Shown: positions 30,059 through 37,549 of the stretch, in pieces
Position numbering within the stretch: the first letter of the stretch is position 1
Layout: each line of letters opens with the position of its first letter
Assembly: GCA_051251855.1 (NCBI GenBank)
Contig: JBPOGI010000003.1
Span: 256,001-320,000 of the forward strand
DNA from: Roseibacillus sp.
GTDB lineage: Bacteria > Verrucomicrobiota > Verrucomicrobiia > Verrucomicrobiales > Akkermansiaceae
Direction: 5' to 3'
Length of the DNA stretch: 64,000 nt
Position numbers and translations under genes: made by a program
The notes under the pieces: generated by a model
Database searches by the model: none
Told to the model about the DNA's origin: nothing
What the model saw: only the letters and a program-made list of their open reading frames with translations

Positions 30059-30664
30059 ATGAATGCTCTCAATTTAGCCGTAGTCGGGCTTCTGGCCCTA
30101 GCTCTATCGATGGAGGCGCAAGTCATCTGGGACGAATCTTCTGATGGAGATCTCTCGAATGCTTACCTCTCTCCCAATGTTTTTGCCCTCTCCTTTGGCA
30201 CTCAAAGTGTTTTGGGAACTGTCTCAGCTGGGAGCAACCTAGACCGAGACCTCTTTACGATTCAGATTCCAGCTGGAGGCGAGTTGACCGCGTTCAGTCT
30301 TGTGAACTATGATTCCTCAGATCCTGATAACATTACTTTTGTCGGGATGCAGGAAGGAGCGACTTTAAGCCGAGCGCCTTCAAACAATTTCAGCGATGCC
30401 ATTGGCTACGCCTTGTTTGGATTTGATGATATAGGAAAAGATCTTCTCCCTACCATTACTGGGAATCCGTTTATTCCGCCATTCTTTGGTGAGAATCCTC
30501 TGCCGGCAGGGGAGTATGCAATTTGGGTCAACGAAACGGCAACAACGGCAGACTACGAATTTGAATTTGAAGTGGTTGAGGTGGGTGCCGTTCCCGAACC
30601 TTCAATTTCGCTCTTGGGTGTGGTCGGGGCTTCTCTCTTGTTTGGCAGACGGAAAAGGAATTGA
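30059..30664 (+). CDS. PEP-CTERM protein
   Basis: Start MNALN just after the DUF1501 stop; WDESSDGDLSN; VPEPS-TM-RRKR. Confidence 0.85.
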   Translation: MNALNLAVVGLLALALSMEAQVIWDESSDGDLSNAYLSPNVFALSFGTQSVLGTVSAGSNLDRDLFTIQIPAGGELTAFSLVNYDSSDPDNITFVGMQEGATLSRAPSNNFSDAIGYALFGFDDIGKDLLPTITGNPFIPPFFGENPLPAGEYAIWVNETATTADYEFEFEVVEVGAVPEPSISLLGVVGASLLFGRRKRN

Positions 30665-31242
30665 AGATGATAGGGAAACAACAGTATGGGGTTCTTATTC
30701 TGGGTGTGACTCTGGTTACTTTCCTCCTCTTCCTTGTTCGAAATTGGGGGGAGCTCGATGAGCAACAGCAGCCGAGCACCAAGTCAATGGTTGTATCGGA
30801 AGAGACTTACGAGGTCGTAGAAGGAGTGGCAGGGGTGGCCTTTGTCGAAGGCGAAACGGTTTCTGATCTCAGTGGTCACTATTTCAAAGATTACGGGACC
30901 GAGAGGCAGAATCCACAGCAGGATCTGGAAGAAGTGGCTATGGTCTTTGGGGATTATCAGACCGTTGCAGGTCCTTCTCACCCGCTTCCGACCAGAGGAA
31001 ATCGTGAGATCGTAGAGTTTCTTTCGGGTGAGAATCCCTCGGGGTTTCGCTACCTTAGTATGAGCGGAGCGGCCGTAAACTCATCTGGAGAGTTGGTCGA
31101 TCGATGGGGGCAGCCACTCTATTTTCATTTCGAATCAAGCGAAGAAGTTGGAATTCGTTCGGCGGGTCAAGATGGTCAGATGTGGTCAGATGATGACGTG
31201 GTGGCTGCTACCGGAGAGCGCCTCAAGGTTGCGTCGAATTAA
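30661..31242 (+). CDS. Membrane-anchored protein with GspG/pseudopilin-like C-terminal motif
   Basis: N-terminal TM; DRWGQPLY...IRSAGQDGQMWSDDDV. No prepilin cleavage motif. Confidence 0.65.
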   Translation: MKMIGKQQYGVLILGVTLVTFLLFLVRNWGELDEQQQPSTKSMVVSEETYEVVEGVAGVAFVEGETVSDLSGHYFKDYGTERQNPQQDLEEVAMVFGDYQTVAGPSHPLPTRGNREIVEFLSGENPSGFRYLSMSGAAVNSSGELVDRWGQPLYFHFESSEEVGIRSAGQDGQMWSDDDVVAATGERLKVASN

Positions 31243-31256
31243 GAGAGAACAAAACC

Positions 31257-32012
31257 ATGAGTATAGAAAGACACCTTTTTAGGTTTACCCTATTAGCACT
31301 TCCGCTTTCCGCGCAAAATAGCTTTGTGGATTTTTCGGGGATTACTGAAGGGGCGCTTCAAGGAAGTGCTCCCTGGGCTTCCTTTGGAACAGTTTCGTAC
31401 GATGTCGTGTTCAATTCGAATTCAGATGGAGCGTATGAGTCAGGAGCTCTTACTCCTCGTTTAGGGCCCCTGCAATCAAACCTTGAGCCCTTTGGTCCCG
31501 AGCTAGGGCAGGGGCTTTTATTGATTCCCGGTCGGATTGACGGTGAGCCCTCTATCGACCGCGGCTATGAGCTGGACTTTACCTTTGATGATGGAGCCGG
31601 AGTGGAAATCTTTCCCGCAGAAACCGTTTTCTATCTCAGTGATATCGATAACACTTCGACCAGTGTGGGGGTGAAGGCCTTCTTGGATGGGCTCGAGGTA
31701 GCTACTTCCACCTGGTTCTCGCAATCGGTTCAAACGAAGGCGAATGGAACGGGTTTGCCCGCGGCATGGGATCCGGCGACCCAGACGTTGACAGGTGTCG
31801 AGTCAGGAGAGCTTTGGGTGCATCAGTTTGCAGCTCCCTCTGGGGTGGAGTTTGACCAGCTTGTCTTTGACGTGACGGCCACGAATAGCGGCGACAGAAT
31901 CGCCTTTGGACTTGGAAACACAATCGTGACGGTCCCTGAGCCTTCGTGTAGTCTGTTTATTCTGGCGAGTAGTTTAACTTTTCTGACTCGGCGTCGTCGA
32001 AGCGTGGGCTAA
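31257..32012 (+). CDS. PEP-CTERM protein
   Basis: Signal peptide; VPEPS-TM-RRRR. Confidence 0.85.
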   Translation: MSIERHLFRFTLLALPLSAQNSFVDFSGITEGALQGSAPWASFGTVSYDVVFNSNSDGAYESGALTPRLGPLQSNLEPFGPELGQGLLLIPGRIDGEPSIDRGYELDFTFDDGAGVEIFPAETVFYLSDIDNTSTSVGVKAFLDGLEVATSTWFSQSVQTKANGTGLPAAWDPATQTLTGVESGELWVHQFAAPSGVEFDQLVFDVTATNSGDRIAFGLGNTIVTVPEPSCSLFILASSLTFLTRRRRSVG

Positions 32013-32019
32013 GCCAAGG

Positions 32020-32081
32020 TTAGACAACGCGACCGTTATCGCCGTCGATGGGGATTTGGGCACCGATGGTGATATTAGAAG
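32020..32081 (-). pseudogene. Remnant copy of the SDR gene 3' end
   Basis: Encodes ..GAQIPIDGDNGRVV*, versus ..GAQIPIDGGNDRVI* at 32544; 26-bp identity 32040-32065 = 32564-32589. Confidence 0.75.
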
Positions 32082-32482
32082 TTGTGCTTCTTTCAGGTTG
32101 TTGTTCGATAGCATTCGGTGGTTTTCTCAGAAGCGAGATCGCCTTGCATCAGGACTGTGCTCACGAGAGATACTATAGTCCGGCTCAGGTGGAGGCAGCT
32201 CTTAAGGGAGTCTCATCTGAATTCAACTCGTGGATTGCTTACGCTGTTTTTTGCAAGAGTATGGGGTTTAAGAATCTCTGCAAAAGGGCTTCTGAGCAGC
32301 ATGACTATGATGAGCTACGTTGGACCTTTCGGAGGGGCTAAAAAGAGAGGGAGGTCTCTTACAAATTATAAGGAGCCACCGGCTCCAATCCCGAATTCAG
32401 TTTCTTCTAAGGGTGGTTCGACTACGCCGACCGGATTCGAACTATTTGGAGATGGCGATTGAGAAGTCCTTGCTCTCGAATG

Positions 32483-32511
32483 AAAAAACCCAGGGCGTGA
32501 ACCCTGGGTTT
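32483..32511 (-). terminator. Terminator after the SDR gene
   Basis: AAAAAACCCAGGG-CGTGAA-CCCTGGGTTT hairpin. Confidence 0.75.
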
Positions 32512-32543
32512 GAGTGGAAAGTTGGAAGCTCGTTGAGCTATCC

Positions 32544-33311
32544 TTAAATTACGCGGTCGTTGCCGCCGTCGATGGGGATTTGGGCACCGGTGGTGGCGTA
32601 GAAGACGGGGCCGGCCACTTGGCTGACCATGGCGGCAACACCAGGGGAGGTGATTTCGGCGTGGAGGAGGTTCTTGGTTTTGTATTCCTCGACAGTCATG
32701 CCATAACGCTTAGCTGATTTTTCGAGTGCTTCTTGGGTCCAGATTTCGGTGTCGAAGACGGCATCGGGATGGAGCACGTTGACGCGAACTCCGAATTCGG
32801 CGAGCTCGAGAGCGGCTACGCGGGCGAGTTGGGTGACGCCAGCTTTGGTGACGGAGTAGGCTGAGGCACCAGGTCCGGGTGCGGCAAAGTTGCGGGAGCC
32901 GATGATGATGATGCTCGCTTGCTTGTCGCTCTTCTTGAGGGCGGGGATGGAGTATTTGAGGAAACGCTGAGTCGCGGTGAGGTTAATCTTGATGTGGAGG
33001 TCCCAAGAATCTTGTTCCGCGTCGATGTATTCGCCGGATTTGAAGATGCCGGCGTTAGCGACGATGAGGTCGAGCCCGCCGTGGTCGGCGATGACTTTGT
33101 CGACGGCAGCCTTGAGGGCAGCATCATCGGAGATGTCGCAGACCGCTCCGGAGAGGCGCTCTCCAGTCATGTTGGTGACGACGTCGGGATTGATGTCGAG
33201 GCCGACGACGGTAGCTCCGTCATTGCGAAGGCGTTCGGCAGTGGCGCGACCGATGCCACCGCAGGCTCCGGTGACGATGGCGACTTTATTGGCGTGAATT
33301 TGTTCTGACAT
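32544..33311 (-). CDS. SDR oxidoreductase, similar to the SDR domain of rhamnulose-1-P aldolase/dehydrogenase fusions
   Basis: TGACGGIG, NAG, catalytic YSVTK, VRVNVLHPDAVFDT. Confidence 0.88.
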   Translation of the reverse strand: MSEQIHANKVAIVTGACGGIGRATAERLRNDGATVVGLDINPDVVTNMTGERLSGAVCDISDDAALKAAVDKVIADHGGLDLIVANAGIFKSGEYIDAEQDSWDLHIKINLTATQRFLKYSIPALKKSDKQASIIIIGSRNFAAPGPGASAYSVTKAGVTQLARVAALELAEFGVRVNVLHPDAVFDTEIWTQEALEKSAKRYGMTVEEYKTKNLLHAEITSPGVAAMVSQVAGPVFYATTGAQIPIDGGNDRVI

Positions 33312-33354
33312 GGTGTGGTGTTATTTGGGAGGAGTTATTTGTTATTTGGGAAAA

Positions 33355-34038
33355 TTATTGGGCAGAGGCGATGGAGGCTTTCATCTCGGTGATGTTGCCA
33401 GTGGGGTCGACTCCGTCGAAGACGGCGCTGCCGGTGGCGATGAGGTCGGAACCCATCTTGGATACTTCGCCGACGTTGTTTTTCTTGATAGCTCCATCGA
33501 TGGTGATGAGAAGCTCGGGCTTCCATTCGCGGAGTTGAGCGACTTTGGCAGGGATACTTTCGAAGAAGGTTTCGCCGCCGGTGTCGGGGCCGATAGCCAA
33601 GACCATGACGAAGTCGATTTGGTCGAGGTAGGGCTGAATGGTTTCGAGGGGAGTGTTGGGGTTGAGGGAGACGCCGCGAAGGATGTTTTCGCCGCCTTGT
33701 TCAATGAGGGTGAGGCAAGCTCCGATGTCTTCGGTGTATTCGACCGAGAAGGAAATGGTTCCAGCTCCTGCTTGGCAGTAGGAAGGGATGTGGGTTTCGG
33801 GTTTGTCGGTGAGGAGGTGGACGTCTTTGATGAGGTCGGTGTCGAGGCTGGCGACGAAGTCGGGGCCGACGGTGGTCTTAGACCAGATGATGCCGTCCAT
33901 GATGTCGATGTGGAGGAGGGAAATGCCTCCGCTTACGAGGGTTTGGATGGCGGCGGGTTGGTCCTCGGTGGTGAGGGTGCCGATGGTGAGTTGGGGCTGG
34001 TTGCTCTTTAGGCGGGAGATGATTTCGGTGCGGGACAT
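33355..34038 (-). CDS. Ribulose-phosphate 3-epimerase family, LsrE-like
   Basis: HIDIMDG, TVGP, IKDVHL, GVSLNPNTP, IDG, GSAVF. Confidence 0.85.
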   Translation of the reverse strand: MSRTEIISRLKSNQPQLTIGTLTTEDQPAAIQTLVSGGISLLHIDIMDGIIWSKTTVGPDFVASLDTDLIKDVHLLTDKPETHIPSYCQAGAGTISFSVEYTEDIGACLTLIEQGGENILRGVSLNPNTPLETIQPYLDQIDFVMVLAIGPDTGGETFFESIPAKVAQLREWKPELLITIDGAIKKNNVGEVSKMGSDLIATGSAVFDGVDPTGNITEMKASIASAQ

Positions 34039-34227
34039 GGGAAGATGTTATTTGTGAGGAGTTATTTGGGAAAAAGTGAGAATGGGTTCACCGCGAAGAG
34101 CGCAAAGGACGCGAAGGGCCGAGGTTGAACTTCTATTTTTGGGAAAAGGTCTCGAGTTTGGTCGAGCGGGGTCAGTTATGGACTGACGTTTTTGGTTGGG
34201 CCGGACTAAAGTCCGCGCTCCGTGTTG

Positions 34228-34272
34228 AAAAAAGAAAGTCCCTGCAACCCTGTGAAAAGCTGCAGGGACTTT
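34228..34272 (-). terminator. Terminator after lsrF
   Basis: Plus strand AAAGTCCCTGCA...TGCAGGGACTTT hairpin, with a T tract on the minus strand. Confidence 0.75.
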
Positions 34273-34286
34273 GTTGAAAAATGAAC

Positions 34287-35162
34287 TTACGCGTTCTTCT
34301 CGGTCTCGAAGAGGTCGAAACCTTCTTTGGGGGTGAGGTCGTCGTGAACGACGCCCTGAACAGCCTTCATCATCGCGAGGGGAGCCTCGGACTGGAAAAC
34401 GTTACGGCCCATGTCGACACCCGAAGCACCGCACTTGATAGCGTTGCTGCAAAGCTCGAGAGCTTCGAGCTCGGGGAGCTTTTTACCACCCGCGATAACG
34501 ACGGGGACGGGGCAACCCGCGACGACTTTCTCGAAGCCTTCGGTGTAGTAAGTTTTGACGATAGAAGCACCGTTCTCAGCGCAAACGCGGGAAGCGAGGC
34601 CGAAGTAGCGTGCGTCACGAGCCATGTCTTTACCGACGGCGGTGACACCCATCACTGGGATAGAGTAGGTGTTGCCGATGTCGACGAGCTGGCTGAAGTT
34701 CGCGATGGTGGAAGCTTCGGTGTCCTTGTCGCCGATAGCGAGCATGGCGGCCATTGCGGTAGCGTTCATGGAGATAGCTTCTTCCTCAGAGATGAGCACG
34801 TTGTGGTTCATCTCGGTGAGGATAGTTGTGCCGGTATCGGTGCGGAGACAGATAGGCTTCTGGTTGCTTGCAGGGATGCAAGAACGGATCATGCCACGAG
34901 TACCCATGAGGCAGTCTGCGTGGTCAGCGAGGGATGCGATGAGGAGGTCGATACGCTCGAGGCCAGAAGTCGGTCCCATGAGGAAGCCGTGGTCAAAGGC
35001 CAGCATTACGGTGCGGCCGGATTTCTTGTTGAAGATGCGGGACATGCGGTTCTTGGTTCCCCAATCAGCGCCGTCCATACCGTTGAGGTAGAAGCTGCTG
35101 CTGGATGCAGGGCTGTTGAGTCCGAAGTTGTCGCCGTCTCTGATGTCGTCTAGGTCTGCCAT
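34287..35162 (-). CDS. lsrF: LsrF-family thiolase/aldolase (DhnA-type TIM barrel)
   Basis: MADLDDI, TVMLAFDHG, GPTSGLERID, catalytic Lys in VKTYY, IAGGKKLPE, GVDMGRN. Confidence 0.92.
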   Translation of the reverse strand: MADLDDIRDGDNFGLNSPASSSSFYLNGMDGADWGTKNRMSRIFNKKSGRTVMLAFDHGFLMGPTSGLERIDLLIASLADHADCLMGTRGMIRSCIPASNQKPICLRTDTGTTILTEMNHNVLISEEEAISMNATAMAAMLAIGDKDTEASTIANFSQLVDIGNTYSIPVMGVTAVGKDMARDARYFGLASRVCAENGASIVKTYYTEGFEKVVAGCPVPVVIAGGKKLPELEALELCSNAIKCGASGVDMGRNVFQSEAPLAMMKAVQGVVHDDLTPKEGFDLFETEKNA

Positions 35163-35181
35163 AGTATTGTTTTGTTAGATT

Positions 35182-36405
35182 TTATTTGGTGGGGTTTTCG
35201 ATCATGTTGATCAGAGTAGAAACCGCGTGCTCTACGAATGCAGGGTCTTCCGCGGTGTAGTCGAGTGCTTCGACTGTGATTGTGCTGGGGAGGTGTTTTT
35301 GCAAAGACTCCCAGTAGGCTGCATCCAGCTCGGGCTTGTAGAGCTCGCCGCCTTCTGCGGAGTAGCTGCTCACTCCCTTGAGGGGCATAAGGAACACGGT
35401 GTCTTTGGTGGAGTATTGCAAGCGCTCGCCAATCACTTTTGCTACGCGGTCTTGTTCTTCTGCGTTGAGGCGAGGAACGAAGACGACGGGAGCGTGCCAA
35501 GTGATGAGGTTGTTTTTCCATTCTTCTGGAACCTGATGGGGTTCGGTGAGAATGCCGAGGTGCTCGGAGCCGCCAGGACAAATGACCTGAGGGAGACCGA
35601 GTTTGCCGGCAACAGTGAGGCGCTCTGGGCCTGCATCGCGAAGAACTCCCCAAACGCCGTCGGCAAGTTCGCCGAGGGCGTAGTCGAAGACGGCGGTGAT
35701 GATTCCTTCTTTCATCATCTGCTCCATGGCGCGGCCACCGGCTCCAATGGCGTGGAAGGTGATGACTTCGTAGCCCGCTTTTTCGAAGAGTTCGATGGCA
35801 TGCATCGCGCCTTTGGTAATCACGCCCAAGTTGGACATGCCAATCACTCCCTTGGCGGTGGATTTGGTAATGCAGCGCTCGCTTTGGGCCATTCCCCAAG
35901 CGGCGGCAGCGGCGTTAGCGAGGATTTTGCGGGAGAAAACGTTCAAGCCGAGAATATCGGAAACGGCAAACATCATGGTGATGTCCTTGATGCCGACGAA
36001 GGGGGAGGTGTCGCCGGAGGCTGCGGTGGAGAGCATCACCTTCGGAAAGCCATAAGGCATGGCTTGAAGGATGGGTGCACACATGGAGGTGCCTTGGGTT
36101 CCGCCGAGAGTGACTGCGGCGTGGACTTTGCCCTCTTCATTGAGCTGCTGCAGAATCTTGGTTGCTCCCGCGATGATGAAGGGAGTGGCTTCGTCTCGGC
36201 TGGGCTTCACCAGGAGTTCTTCCAAGGTGCTCCCGCCGGCAGCGATGACTTCCTCCTTGGAAACGTCGGCTTTGAGGTCCGATGAACCAACGAGTCCTAG
36301 GTCGATGATGAGGGCTTCACCTCCGAGAGCTTCGATTTCACTCCGCATGAAAGCTGCTTCATCGGCTTTCGTGTCCAGAGTTGCTAAGATTGCGACTTTT
36401 TTCAT
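35182..36405 (-). CDS. Tm-1-like ATP-binding domain protein (UPF0261)
   Basis: ILATLDTKADE, LGGTQGT, PYGFPKVMLST, DILGLN, FHAIGAGGRAME, PLKGVS. Confidence 0.9.
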   Translation of the reverse strand: MKKVAILATLDTKADEAAFMRSEIEALGGEALIIDLGLVGSSDLKADVSKEEVIAAGGSTLEELLVKPSRDEATPFIIAGATKILQQLNEEGKVHAAVTLGGTQGTSMCAPILQAMPYGFPKVMLSTAASGDTSPFVGIKDITMMFAVSDILGLNVFSRKILANAAAAAWGMAQSERCITKSTAKGVIGMSNLGVITKGAMHAIELFEKAGYEVITFHAIGAGGRAMEQMMKEGIITAVFDYALGELADGVWGVLRDAGPERLTVAGKLGLPQVICPGGSEHLGILTEPHQVPEEWKNNLITWHAPVVFVPRLNAEEQDRVAKVIGERLQYSTKDTVFLMPLKGVSSYSAEGGELYKPELDAAYWESLQKHLPSTITVEALDYTAEDPAFVEHAVSTLINMIENPTK

Positions 36406-36411
36406 GAGGAA

Positions 36412-37272
36412 TTAGTCGTTGAAGGTGAGTTCAGCGAACTCCTTTGCGGCTGCAGTGACGGCGCGCTCGATAGGAAGGCGCTCAGTGGAAGAGCCGGTCC
36501 AGAAGCCGTGGCCGCTGGTGTTGTCGAGCATGTACTGGGCGTCCGGTGGATTCTCCATGGCAGCGCCGTGGGCGACGAGGATAGTGTCAGGAGAAAGCTC
36601 GCGGCACTTTTGATAAACCTTCTCGGTCTGGGCGGCAGTTTCCTCGATGGTCATGCCGTTGTCGTAGCCCTTGATGCCGCCTTTGGTGGTTCCGGCGTGG
36701 TAGCAGAAGATATGGGGCTTTGCTTTCTCGCACATTTCGTAGGAGTCCTCTTCGGTGAAGGCGAGGCCCACAGAAACCATGTTCATCTCTTCTTTGGCGA
36801 GGATGAGCATGTCGATTTCGTTTTGGAGAGTGATGCCCGCAGAGGTCATCACCTTGAAGATTTCAGAGTCGTGATCGACGTAAGAAATGGAGGGTCCGAT
36901 GTTAGAGACCGCTTGGACGCCCATGTCGAGGCATTCTTGGAGAACCATGCGCATGTCCTTGAGGGGGTCGTTCGCGTTCAAGCACGCACAGACGAAAGCG
37001 TCGCCATTGAGAGCAGGCATGATGTCCTCGCGCGTGTATTGCAGAGTCTGCTTGTTGGAGTCGAGGATGGGCCACATCATGGCCATGGTGCCCATGCCGT
37101 TGGCACGGAGACGGGCTCCTGAGAAAGTGTTGACGCAGTCGGTGCCTTCTTTTTCAAGAAGCTTGGCGACGAGCCCGCTTCCTGCAGAGGAAATCATGAT
37201 AGGCTTGCGGGCGGCGATTTTTGCCTGGAGCTTGGCAAGAATGGATTCGGTTGTGAGGCGTTTGGTGATCAT
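36412..37272 (-). CDS. Phosphoenolpyruvate hydrolase-like TIM-barrel protein (Tm-1 C-terminal family)
   Basis: AGSGLVAK, RANGMG, NANDP, HAGTTKGG, GFWTGSSTERLPIE. Confidence 0.85.
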   Translation of the reverse strand: MITKRLTTESILAKLQAKIAARKPIMISSAGSGLVAKLLEKEGTDCVNTFSGARLRANGMGTMAMMWPILDSNKQTLQYTREDIMPALNGDAFVCACLNANDPLKDMRMVLQECLDMGVQAVSNIGPSISYVDHDSEIFKVMTSAGITLQNEIDMLILAKEEMNMVSVGLAFTEEDSYEMCEKAKPHIFCYHAGTTKGGIKGYDNGMTIEETAAQTEKVYQKCRELSPDTILVAHGAAMENPPDAQYMLDNTSGHGFWTGSSTERLPIERAVTAAAKEFAELTFND

Positions 37273-37549
37273 GTCGCTTGTGGGAAGGGGAAGCTAGAGG
37301 ATGAAGAACGAAATGTCATGAACGATTTCGGAAGAGTTTTGAATGAAATCGTCAGGCTGTGTTCTGTTTTTGTTAACAGAAGGGGCTCGCAGAGGTTGCG
37401 TTATAATGATTTTGGCAAAGTGGCTGCAAAAGATTTGGTCTTTGCTCTCCGAGGTCATCAACTTCATCGGTCCTGAAAAAGAGAAACGGCAGCTCCCACT
37501 CGGGAGGCTGCCGTCTCTGTTGGATTGCCGGGAAATTCTTGAGAATATG

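Noticed and set aside
32048..32462. Short ORFs in the junction spacer
   Set aside because: No motifs, and they overlap the SDR remnant; likely non-coding or decayed.
33355..35162. Complete AI-2 quorum-sensing (lsr) locus
   Set aside because: No lsrK, lsrG, lsrR or lsrACDB in the window.
37413..37428. Sigma-54-like TGGCA-N-TGCA
   Set aside because: It is on the plus strand, pointing away from the operon, with no gene downstream.
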